A program made the translations under genes and the position numbers. This document shows, in pieces, positions 20,335 through 28,974 of a stretch of 64,000 bases of DNA. Position 1 is the first letter of the stretch, and each line of letters begins with the position of its first letter. The stretch is from Candidatus Haiyanarchaeum thermophilum (GTDB lineage: Archaea > Nanobdellota > Nanobdellia > JAPDLS01 > Haiyanarchaeaceae). A model generated the notes under the pieces. It was not told where the DNA came from. It saw only the letters and a program-made list of their open reading frames with translations, and did not search any database. The DNA is taken from NCBI GenBank assembly GCA_025920425.1, contig JAPDLS010000001.1:1754-65753 (forward strand), in the 5' to 3' direction.

Positions 20335-21932
20335 GGAAGTATTTACTACCCTCCTTCCTACTCTTACTTTCCTTGATCTTCTCCCCAGCTCTAGCGGCCG
20401 AGTCAGTGATAAGTGTGAATAAGAGAGTAATTGAGTTCATATCCATTCCAAACTCCTCTACCTATTCGAAATTCTCAGTTATCGCCTATGGAGGAGATGA
20501 TAAGGTGGAACTCTCCATTGCAGTTGTTGGAGATTTGAGCAGTTGGGTGAAATTTTCTCCCATAAATTTTACCCTCCTTCCTAACACAACCCAAGATATT
20601 TCAGTAGAGCTCAATGTACCAAATGTAAGTGCAGGAGAGTATAGAGGAAAACTTTTAATAACCTCAAAGGGAGGGCAGGTAAATGAAATAGGCCTAAGTG
20701 TAAAGGTTATTGAACATGGAGGAAGGTTTAAGGTGGAGTGCTTGTCAGAAAGAGGAGTAATTAAGGATTTTTCTGTCCTAATTTATGCTGGAGATCAGCT
20801 CGTGGAGAGCGGGCTCGCAAGCGGAGGAGTATACCTTTCCAATTATCTACCCTACGGGGAATATAAGATAAGGGTGGAGAGCGCCGGCTACTATGGAGCC
20901 GAGAAAAACCTACTCCTAAACAAAGTAGAGCAGATAGTGACCTTCAAGTTAGTTGAGATGGAAAAGATAAAGCTCACCATCATTCCTAGGAAAATTGTGG
21001 TGAAGTTCTGCAGTGGGGAAGTGGGCGTTACTTCACTTCAGTTGATCAATGGCGCTCCTTATTCAATTCCTGTGAAGATAAATACTTCCTCTCCAAATAT
21101 AAAAGTAGAACTACCAAATTTTACCTTGGCTGCTTCTTCCACACAAGAGATACGAGTTAGATTTAACTTCTCAGAGGGAAATTACTCCGAATACATATAT
21201 GTAGAACATGAGGGGGTAATAGATGAGATAAAGGCAGATATTTCTTCGATTCCTTCTGAGGAATGTAAGACCGAATTCACATTTTCTATTCACGGCAGAG
21301 ATGCGGTCAAGGTGGTGGAGAACTATACATCTATATTAGTAATTTATGTCAGCCCTTATGAAGATATGAGGAGAGTAAGAGTGATTGGTCCCATGCTTGA
21401 AGTCTATCCCTCTATTTATCCATTGATCAAGAGTGGAGACTCTGGTCCATTCTTATTGAGGATAAAGGGGACTCAAAATCTTTCAGTTTCTCTAGATACT
21501 ACAATCATTTCAGATAAGGGAGAAAGGGCATTCTCTGTAAAAATATACAGGGGAAATACACTGGATAAGGAGGAAATAGCTCAAGAGATAAAGGAGCTGA
21601 AGAGCTTAATAGAGGATCTCAAGAGTAAAGTAGCTGATCTGACCCTTACTTTAAAGGAAGAGGAGGGAGAACGGATAAAGGTGATTTCCCTAATGCTTTC
21701 AGAATTTTCTGTCAAATTAGATGTAGCACGCAGCACGCTAGATGCTAATCTTACTGTTTCCAAAGCATATGTAGAAAGTATTTCGCTGGAGCTTGGAAAT
21801 ATCCTAAATGAGCTTTCGAAGTTCGCAAGGGAGGAACATTACTGGATGAGTTATCTCAACTATCTGTGGCTTCTATTTCCTCTTTGTGGGATATTCTTCA
21901 TAGTGTTTTTAGTGAGAAAGAAACTTATGTGA
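20331..21932 (+). CDS. Surface stalk protein: Ig domains, carboxypeptidase-regulatory-like domain, coiled coil, C-terminal TM
   Basis: ORF track 20307..21932; ATG 20331 (MRKYLLPSFLLLL) overlaps the upstream TGA. Same domain order as 18529..20334; TM LWLLFPLCGIFFIVFLV then RKK. Confidence 0.7.
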   Translation: MRKYLLPSFLLLLSLIFSPALAAESVISVNKRVIEFISIPNSSTYSKFSVIAYGGDDKVELSIAVVGDLSSWVKFSPINFTLLPNTTQDISVELNVPNVSAGEYRGKLLITSKGGQVNEIGLSVKVIEHGGRFKVECLSERGVIKDFSVLIYAGDQLVESGLASGGVYLSNYLPYGEYKIRVESAGYYGAEKNLLLNKVEQIVTFKLVEMEKIKLTIIPRKIVVKFCSGEVGVTSLQLINGAPYSIPVKINTSSPNIKVELPNFTLAASSTQEIRVRFNFSEGNYSEYIYVEHEGVIDEIKADISSIPSEECKTEFTFSIHGRDAVKVVENYTSILVIYVSPYEDMRRVRVIGPMLEVYPSIYPLIKSGDSGPFLLRIKGTQNLSVSLDTTIISDKGERAFSVKIYRGNTLDKEEIAQEIKELKSLIEDLKSKVADLTLTLKEEEGERIKVISLMLSEFSVKLDVARSTLDANLTVSKAYVESISLELGNILNELSKFAREEHYWMSYLNYLWLLFPLCGIFFIVFLVRKKLM

Positions 21933-21975
21933 AAAATTTTTAAATAAGGGGAGCAATTTCATAAAGTGATGTAAT

Positions 21976-22512
21976 ATGAAGGGAGGAAAAGAGATCTATT
22001 TTTCCCTATTTGTCTTCCTACTCGCTTTGACTTTCGCCATATTCAGAGAACCATTCACAGCAGGGATTGTAAGGATTACGGGCCTAACCCAGTGGAGCAG
22101 TGTTGCAGAAGCAACAGTTACGGTACTAGAATACATTTCTGCCACGCTCTTTAACGTACCAATCCAATTTGGTGATCTAAATCCAGGCACCTCAGGACAG
22201 CTTGCTATTAATAATCCAATGCAGATCCAAATCGGAGGAGAGACAAATGTTCCATACAATATAACCTTGGAAGGAACATCAAATTTCGTGAGCGGAAGCT
22301 ATACCTTTAGCATTTCTAACTTAGAGTTCAACACGACTACAACTCAATGGACTCAATATGAGTTAAATGTGGAGAAAGATGCCTACACCAATTTGCCCCC
22401 TCCAGGAGGAACTCCAGTGAACCAAAGTGTGTGGCATAGGATAAGTGTACCAGCAGGCCAAGTTGCAGGTACCTATGTTGGTAATTTAATGGTGAGGGTG
22501 AAGAAAGCATGA
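21976..22512 (+). CDS. Secreted beta-sandwich protein, WxL/TasA-like subunit (copy 2)
   Basis: Hydrophobic N-terminus, RITGL, TLFNVPIQFGDLNPG, ETNV, ISVPAGQVAGTYVGNLMVRV. Confidence 0.6.
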   Translation: MKGGKEIYFSLFVFLLALTFAIFREPFTAGIVRITGLTQWSSVAEATVTVLEYISATLFNVPIQFGDLNPGTSGQLAINNPMQIQIGGETNVPYNITLEGTSNFVSGSYTFSISNLEFNTTTTQWTQYELNVEKDAYTNLPPPGGTPVNQSVWHRISVPAGQVAGTYVGNLMVRVKKA

Positions 22513-23204
22513 TGAGAAAGAAGTACTTAACTTTAGGAATCCTAGCCATCCTTACGATTTTCATTAGAACCCAGCCGATATATGCCCAAAGCTGCGGGTT
22601 TGGAGCTACCCCTCTTTCCGCCAGAGCTTCAGCTATTCCAGGACAAAAGGTAGTGGTAACTTGGAATTTGTACAATATGTACAGTGACAGGAAGACGCAT
22701 ATCTTGATCAACTACACAAGTGATGTGGGGTGGAAGGTTACAATAGAACCTCAAGCTAGGAATGTGAGTTATGAGCTACCTGCTGGAATAGTGACGATCT
22801 TAGAAAATTTAGCATTAGATCCCCTTCCCCCAGTGCAATATAAGCCAGAGGTAATTCCGTATGGAGTTAACTATGTGAAACATCCTACTGCAGATCTTTA
22901 CATTCCAGCTAAGACTGTTACCTTTACTATTGAGGTGCCAACTGATGCGAAAATAGGAGAGCGCCATACTTTCCACTTCAAGGCGAAGGGAGAATGCTTC
23001 TTGGGTACCGGAGCAGTAATTCCAGCATTGGAATTGGGATTAGATTTAACTATAGATGTAGTTTCTCCAGAATTCTATGAGAGGGAACTAATCTCAGGAG
23101 CACCTTGGTATCTTCAGTATGCTTGGGCTATAGTTACTGCAGCTCTATTAGTAATTGCAGTAGTTACTTTAATAATCCTGAGGAGGAGAAGGATCCCCAC
23201 GTAA
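22509..23204 (+). CDS. Membrane-anchored Ig/NEW3-like partner protein (copy 2)
   Basis: IYAQSCG, GWKVTIEPQARNVSYELPAGIVTILEN, GECF, EFYE, TM + RRRR; ATGA overlap with upstream gene. Confidence 0.65.
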   Translation: MMRKKYLTLGILAILTIFIRTQPIYAQSCGFGATPLSARASAIPGQKVVVTWNLYNMYSDRKTHILINYTSDVGWKVTIEPQARNVSYELPAGIVTILENLALDPLPPVQYKPEVIPYGVNYVKHPTADLYIPAKTVTFTIEVPTDAKIGERHTFHFKAKGECFLGTGAVIPALELGLDLTIDVVSPEFYERELISGAPWYLQYAWAIVTAALLVIAVVTLIILRRRRIPT

Positions 23205-23284
23205 TCACCTAATCTTTCTTTTAAATTTTGTTCAATCCTTCCTCTATAAACTTTGGGAGAAGATGGCAAATTTTCTATTGGTTA

Positions 23285-23421
23285 CGGGCCCGGAGGGATT
23301 TGAACCCCCGAAAGACCAGCTCTCACTGCTCAGAACAGGTCAGTTCTCTCACTGATCGACCCGCTATCAGGTCTTCATAGCTTAGGAGGCTGGTGCCCTA
23401 TCCTGGCTAGGCGACGGGCCC
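23285..23421 (-). tRNA. tRNA-Arg(CCU) with 61-nt intron at 37/38 (23322-23382)
   Basis: GGGCCCG/CGGGCCC acceptor stem, D-loop GG-A20, CCAGC/GCTGG anticodon stem, anticodon CCT at 23386-23384, GTTCAAAT T-loop. Confidence 0.9.
23322..23382 (-). ncRNA. Intron-encoded box C/D guide sRNA
   Basis: C box AUGAAGA (23378-23372), 12-nt guide CCUGAUAGCGGG, D' UCGA, C' GUGAGAG, 12-nt guide AACUGACCUGUU, D box CUGA (23333-23330), closed by a GC/GC stem. Confidence 0.8.
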
Positions 23422-23499
23422 ATATTTCACTCAGTTTTTTTGATAGTTCTAATTCGACCTATTTAAAATTTTCCTAAATAATTGCTCGGGCAATAAGTC

Positions 23500-24084
23500 T
23501 TAATATTCCTCACACTTGATCTGATAGAAGCTTCTTTCATGATCACATGATGGACATTTCTCTGGAGGTTCCTTTCCGAAGTGCATATAACCACATTCTC
23601 TGCACACCCACCAAGTTTCTTTATCTTTCTTGAAGACAGTCCCCTGTTCTATCTCTTTCAGAATCTTTTTGAACCTCTCCTCATGATGCTTCTCAGCTAC
23701 AGCAATCGCCCTCAATCGTTGGGCAATTTCTTTAAGACCTTCTTGTTCAGCAATTTCGGCGAACTCTGGATACATCTTCGTATACTCATAGTTTTCCCCT
23801 GCAATTGCAGCTTTTAGATTCTCAGCAGTGTTTCCCAAGGCAAGTGGAACGCTTGTCTCCACTTTTACTTCACTCATCCCTTGCTTGCACTTCTTCTTCA
23901 ATTCATTTAATAACTTGAAGAGCCAACTTGCATGCTCTCTTTCATTCTCAGCTGTGATGAGGAAAACTTCAGCTATTTGTTCGAAGCCCTCCTTCTTTGC
24001 AATTTTGGAGTAGAAAGTGTAGCGGTTTCTGGCTTGGCTCTCACCTACAAATGCCACAGCAAGATTTTCAAGAGTTTTCTTCAT
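23500..24084 (-). CDS. rbr: Rubrerythrin
   Basis: [16 protein letters not shown] and EKHHEERF diiron motifs; C-terminal CRECG...CPSC rubredoxin-like site. Confidence 0.95.
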   Translation of the reverse strand: MKKTLENLAVAFVGESQARNRYTFYSKIAKKEGFEQIAEVFLITAENEREHASWLFKLLNELKKKCKQGMSEVKVETSVPLALGNTAENLKAAIAGENYEYTKMYPEFAEIAEQEGLKEIAQRLRAIAVAEKHHEERFKKILKEIEQGTVFKKDKETWWVCRECGYMHFGKEPPEKCPSCDHERSFYQIKCEEY

Positions 24085-24179
24085 GTTCTCACATTGTGGG
24101 ATTAAAAATCACTCAAAGTTTAAAGCTTTTTGCCCGTTCTCCGAAAATATTATTAATGGCTTGGGCTTCAGAGCTTTAG

Positions 24180-26090
24180 ATGGTGAAGCTAAGGAGAAGT
24201 GATGGCAAGGTCATCGATGCTAAGGTTGGGGAACAAATAATAAACTACGCTTCTCCCAAGGATCTGGTAGCTAAGGTTGATGGAAAGAGGTTGGTTGATC
24301 TGAAGAGTGAGATAAAGAAAGAGTTTAAAGAGATAGAGCTCCTCAGTTTTGAGGCAGAAGAGGCTAAGGATGTATTTTGGCATACAAGTGCTCATATCTT
24401 AGCTCAAGCAGTGAAACGTCTGTTCCCTCAAACCCAATTAGCCATAGGCCATGCTACCGAAAAGGGTTTCTTTTATGAGTTTGATATAGACAGGCCCTTT
24501 TCTAGAGAGGATCTAGATAGAATTGAAGCTGAAATGTTAAAGATCTTAAAGGAGGATTTAGAAATACGTAGGGAGGAGATAACTAAGGAAGAGGCTCTCA
24601 AACTCTTCAAGGGAGAAAAGTATAAGACCGAACTCATTCGAGAGATTCCTGAAAAAGTGCTCTCAATTTATAGGCAAGGTGAATTCGTTGATCTTTGCAC
24701 AGGTCCGCATCTCCCTAGAACAGGTATGGTGGGAACTGTTAAGTTATTATATTCCTCAGCTTGCTTCTGGAAGGGAATAGAGGGAAATCCAAGCCTCCAG
24801 AGGATCTATGGAATTTCTTTCCCAACACCAAAAGAAATGGAGGAATTTATGAGAATATACCAAGAATCTCTTGAGAGAGATCATAGGGAATTAGGAAAAA
24901 GGTTTGAGTTATTCGAGGTAGGAATTCCTGAGGTGGGGAGCGGTTTGGTGCTTTGGTACCCTAAGGGAGCAATTCTTAGAGAGCTGCTCGAACAGTTTCT
25001 CAAAAAAGTGCATTTAGCTCATGGTTACCAGCTCGTGGTTACTCCCCATCTCGCAATGGATTCCCTTTGGGAAAAGTCTGGACATCTCAAGTACTACAAA
25101 GAGAATATGTTTCATTTCGAGCTTGATGGACAGAGATTCTGTGTGAAACCAATGAATTGCCCATTTCACATTCTAATCTTCAAATCAAAGAGGAGAAGCT
25201 ATAGGGAATTGCCGATTAGATATTTTGAGCTAGGTACAGTTTACAGGTTCGAGAGATCTGGAGTACTTCACGGGCTTACGAGAGTTAGGGGATTTACTCA
25301 AGATGATGCCCATATTTTCTGTAGAGAGGATCAAATAGGGGAGGAGGTAGGTTCGATCCTCGATTTAGCAACTAAAGTACTTTCCAAGTTTGGATTCAGG
25401 GAATTCGATATAGATCTATCCATCTCAGACCCCGAGCATCCTGAGAAATTTATGGGTTCCCCTGATAAGTGGAAGACTGCTGAAGAGGCCCTTAGGAGAG
25501 CATTGGATGTGAGGAAAGTGAAGTATAGGGAAGCTATGGGGGAAGCAGCTTTTTATGGGCCGAAAATAGATGTCAAACTGCTGGATGCACTTGGGAGAAA
25601 ATGGCAGTGCTCAACAATTCAGTTAGATTTCAACCTTCCTGAAAAATTTGATCTCACTTACATAGATGAGGAGCAAAAGGAGAGGAGGGTGGTAATGATC
25701 CATAGAACCCTAATTGGTGCGATAGAAAGGTTTGTAGGAGTTCTGCTCGAGCATACTAAAGGAGATTTGCCTATCTTTCTCGCACCAATTCAAGTGGCAA
25801 TGCTTCCAGTTTCCGAGAAAAATTTAGGATATGCATCCAAACTTCATCAAGAACTGATTAAGAATGGAATAAGGAGCTCGCTCTTGGTGGAGAAAACATT
25901 GGAGTATAGGGTGAGGGAGGCAGAGCTAAATAAAATCCCATATATTGTAGTAGTTGGAAAGGAAGAAGAGAGTAGAGGAGAAGTATGTCTCAGGAGGAAA
26001 GGTAGCTCTGAGCTGAGGAGAATTAAGCCTCCAGAACTGATCCAATTGATCAAGAGTGAGAATGAAAGCATTTACGAAGGTTTAATCTAA
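24180..26090 (+). CDS. thrS: Threonine--tRNA ligase (bacterial-type, TGS + SAD editing domain)
   Basis: HTSAHILAQAV, DLCTGPH, RDHRELG, KPMNCP, GLTRVRGFTQDDAH, AFYGPKID, TIQLDF. Confidence 0.97.
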   Translation: MVKLRRSDGKVIDAKVGEQIINYASPKDLVAKVDGKRLVDLKSEIKKEFKEIELLSFEAEEAKDVFWHTSAHILAQAVKRLFPQTQLAIGHATEKGFFYEFDIDRPFSREDLDRIEAEMLKILKEDLEIRREEITKEEALKLFKGEKYKTELIREIPEKVLSIYRQGEFVDLCTGPHLPRTGMVGTVKLLYSSACFWKGIEGNPSLQRIYGISFPTPKEMEEFMRIYQESLERDHRELGKRFELFEVGIPEVGSGLVLWYPKGAILRELLEQFLKKVHLAHGYQLVVTPHLAMDSLWEKSGHLKYYKENMFHFELDGQRFCVKPMNCPFHILIFKSKRRSYRELPIRYFELGTVYRFERSGVLHGLTRVRGFTQDDAHIFCREDQIGEEVGSILDLATKVLSKFGFREFDIDLSISDPEHPEKFMGSPDKWKTAEEALRRALDVRKVKYREAMGEAAFYGPKIDVKLLDALGRKWQCSTIQLDFNLPEKFDLTYIDEEQKERRVVMIHRTLIGAIERFVGVLLEHTKGDLPIFLAPIQVAMLPVSEKNLGYASKLHQELIKNGIRSSLLVEKTLEYRVREAELNKIPYIVVVGKEEESRGEVCLRRKGSSELRRIKPPELIQLIKSENESIYEGLI

Positions 26091-26096
26091 AATTCT

Positions 26097-26975
26097 TCAG
26101 AAGACTTCCCCAGCTTCTTCGAGTTGTACTAATTGTATGTAATCTTCATCTACCATCTCTTGAATTTTCTGGATTTCTTCCTCTTTCAGATGGGAGAATC
26201 TCCCCTGAAGTTTGAGGAAGTCTGAAATGGGGTTTCTTTTCTCGAACTTATAGTTCAATTTCAATTTATTATCCTCTATTTCAAACAAGGGAAAATAATT
26301 CGTCTCCACCGCAAGCTTGGAGAGGGTTACAGTATGCTGTGGGTCAAATCTCCAACCAGTGGGGCATGGAGTTAGTATATGGAGGAAAGATGGTTTCTTT
26401 GCTAGAGCCTTTTCCAATTTCTTTATGAGATCCCTGTGATATGCGATGCTAGCTGTGGCCAAATATGCGATGGGATGCATTCCTAGGATGAGAGAGATCT
26501 TTTTCTTCCTCTCAAGCTTTCCCATACTCATCCTTCCAGTAGGAGTAGTGGTAGTACTTGCAAACAGAGGAGTGGCTCCACTTCTCTGGATTCCAGTATT
26601 CATGTAAGCCTCATTATCTAGGCAAATGTAACACACCTCCTCTCCCCTCTCCACCATTCCGCTGAGGGCTTGAAAGCCTATATCAAATGTAGCTCCATCT
26701 CCAGCTAGTACTATTACATCTACCTCCTTTTCCCTTCCCTGTGTCTTAAGTGCTCTAAAGACTCCAGAGGCTACTGCAGCAGCATTTTCAAAAGCTACAT
26801 GCAGTACTGGGCAATTGAAATAAGAGTAGGGGTAGAGGGTAGTAGTTACTTCCAGACATCCAGTTGAGAGTACCAATATGCTTGGCTTCCTGAAATTCCT
26901 GCAGATAATTCTAGTGGCTATTGCGAGGCCACATCCACTGCAAGTGAGAGGTGCTTTCTCTAGGATCTCAGCCAT
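26097..26975 (-). CDS. porB: Pyruvate:ferredoxin oxidoreductase beta subunit
   Basis: CSGCG, TGCLEV, GDGATFDIG...LDNEAYMNTG TPP-binding motif, PCPTGW. Confidence 0.92.
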   Translation of the reverse strand: MAEILEKAPLTCSGCGLAIATRIICRNFRKPSILVLSTGCLEVTTTLYPYSYFNCPVLHVAFENAAAVASGVFRALKTQGREKEVDVIVLAGDGATFDIGFQALSGMVERGEEVCYICLDNEAYMNTGIQRSGATPLFASTTTTPTGRMSMGKLERKKKISLILGMHPIAYLATASIAYHRDLIKKLEKALAKKPSFLHILTPCPTGWRFDPQHTVTLSKLAVETNYFPLFEIEDNKLKLNYKFEKRNPISDFLKLQGRFSHLKEEEIQKIQEMVDEDYIQLVQLEEAGEVF

Positions 26976-28143
26976 CTTCGCTCACATTTTCTCCGTGAAC
27001 ATTTATCCAGTAGTTTTTAGATTCTCCACAATGCTTGATTATGAACTTTAGATCATCAATTCTCACTTTTTTCCCACCTAATCCTAGGATGAAATTGTTG
27101 ATCTTCTTCTCAAGGCCAAAGAGGGAGCTCCTCACTTCGTGATAGAGAGCTCCTCCCAACCCAAATTCATATGCCCTGTCAACTACAGCTATTTTCTCAA
27201 CCCCCTCCACAGCTTCTCTCAATTCTTCAGCGGGAAATGGTCTGAAACTCCTTATTCTTATCACCCCCACCTTTCCTCCTTCTTTCTTTACATAATATCT
27301 GAAGTTGAATGCAAGAGATCCTATGGTAATTACTACTTTATTACTTCCCTCCAGATTATAGCTCTCCAGCAAACCATCTCCATAACATCTTCCAAATCTC
27401 TCGAAGAATTCCTTGTTAGCTTTTCTGATTTCCCGCTTTGCTCTTTGCATGGCATCCCTCTGTGACTTCTTGAATTCCATATAATGTTCTGGGCCAACCA
27501 GTGGGCCTAGAACCATTCTCTTCCCCAACTCTACAGCAAACGGCAATTTAAACTCAGGAAGATAGGAGTTCACTTCCTCTTGAGTGAGGAGGTGCAATCT
27601 CTCATAGAGATGGGAAAGGATGAATCCGTCATAGCATACCATGGTTGGGAGTAACACTTCCGGCTCCTCACTGATCCTATACGCTTGGATTATGGTATCG
27701 AAGATCTCTTGATTGGAAGCGCAGTAAAGTTGGATCCAGCTACTATGACTTTGAGCTATGCTATCACTTAAATCATTCCAAATATTTATGGGAGCAGAGA
27801 GAGCCCTGTTTGCTACTCCCATAACGATTGGTAATCTCATTCCACTTGCTATGAATAGAACTTCATGCATCAATGCTAGGCCCTGGGAAGAAGTTGCAGT
27901 AAAAGTTCTAACTCCCATGCATGCGGCTCCAATACATGCCGAAATCGCTGAATGTTCGCTCTCAGCATGAACGATCTCAGCATCCAGCATTCCATTTGCC
28001 TTGAAATTGCAGAGCTCCTCCACACACGCTGTTTGAGGAGTGATTGGATATACAGCAATTACCTTGGGGCGAGCAAGCACTACAGCTGCTGCAGCGGCTT
28101 CATTTCCATTGAGTAAGTTCACTTCACCAAATTTTACTTTCAT
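26968..28143 (-). CDS. porA: Pyruvate:ferredoxin oxidoreductase alpha subunit
   Basis: GNEAAA, YPITPQT, ESEHSA, TATSSQGL, NRALSAP. Confidence 0.93.
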   Translation of the reverse strand: MKVKFGEVNLLNGNEAAAAAVVLARPKVIAVYPITPQTACVEELCNFKANGMLDAEIVHAESEHSAISACIGAACMGVRTFTATSSQGLALMHEVLFIASGMRLPIVMGVANRALSAPINIWNDLSDSIAQSHSSWIQLYCASNQEIFDTIIQAYRISEEPEVLLPTMVCYDGFILSHLYERLHLLTQEEVNSYLPEFKLPFAVELGKRMVLGPLVGPEHYMEFKKSQRDAMQRAKREIRKANKEFFERFGRCYGDGLLESYNLEGSNKVVITIGSLAFNFRYYVKKEGGKVGVIRIRSFRPFPAEELREAVEGVEKIAVVDRAYEFGLGGALYHEVRSSLFGLEKKINNFILGLGGKKVRIDDLKFIIKHCGESKNYWINVHGENVSEDG

Positions 28144-28379
28144 TTCACTTCACTCGAGCCTATTGCCTTGAATGCACATACTGTTGTGCAAATCAAACAG
28201 CCTGAACAGAATCTATAATCGATATCATAACTTCCACTCGCAGTTTGATAGATCGCCCCCTCAGGGCACATAGTCCAACATAATCCACATTTCTGGCATC
28301 TTCCTTGCTCTATATAAGGCTTCTTACTTCCTTTCTTCTTCCTTACCTTTGGTTCCTCCCTAGCTACAGGGAATTCCAT
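28140..28379 (-). CDS. porD: Pyruvate:ferredoxin oxidoreductase delta subunit (2x[4Fe-4S])
   Basis: CQKCGLCWTMCP and CSGCLICTTVC; lies between porG and porA. Confidence 0.9.
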   Translation of the reverse strand: MEFPVAREEPKVRKKKGSKKPYIEQGRCQKCGLCWTMCPEGAIYQTASGSYDIDYRFCSGCLICTTVCAFKAIGSSEVK

Positions 28380-28380
28380 T

Positions 28381-28941
28381 TTAGAGGAAGTATTTTCCGA
28401 TCAAGAGATTTTTTCTAACTAGCTCATAAGCTCTCATACAAGCTAGTTCATTTTTCTCAGCAAGCTCTCCTGGAAATGCCTCTCTCAATACTGAGCATGC
28501 CGATTGAAATTTAATAGCATTACTAGCAGCCGCAAACGCTCCTAACATCGCAGTATTAACAATTGGAGCTCTAAATACCTCTTGGGCAATGGAATATAAA
28601 TCTACTACAATGCTTCTGAAGCCACTTAGACCAAGATTTTCTGGAGCCTTTCTGCCATTTACGATAATAAGGCAGCGCTTATCTAGAGGACCAATGAGCT
28701 TCTCATCTACCAAATCTTCATCTAAGACGAGCACATAATCTGGATTTTCGATAGGCATCCTTAACAAGATCTCTTCCTCATCTATTCTGCAATAGGCTTC
28801 AACAGGCATTCCTCTTCTCTCCGCTCCGAAGAATGGAAATGCTTGAGCATATTTACCATCTAGGAAGGCAGCTTTTGCAATCAAAGAAGCTAGGGTGACA
28901 CATCCCTGACCAGCCAGTCCTGAGATCTTAACTTCTATCAC
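28381..28941 (-). CDS. porG: Pyruvate:ferredoxin oxidoreductase gamma subunit
   Basis: GLAGQG, FGAERRG, NTAMLGA. Confidence 0.92.
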   Translation of the reverse strand: MIEVKISGLAGQGCVTLASLIAKAAFLDGKYAQAFPFFGAERRGMPVEAYCRIDEEEILLRMPIENPDYVLVLDEDLVDEKLIGPLDKRCLIIVNGRKAPENLGLSGFRSIVVDLYSIAQEVFRAPIVNTAMLGAFAAASNAIKFQSACSVLREAFPGELAEKNELACMRAYELVRKNLLIGKYFL

Positions 28942-28974
28942 ATCATGAAAGATCTGGAGGAAGTTTATATATTT

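Noticed and set aside
23204-23300. Surface cluster as an island integrated at the tRNA-Arg 3' end
   Set aside because: I found no duplicate of the tRNA 3' end and no integrase or transposase in the window. An att site beyond the left edge cannot be excluded.
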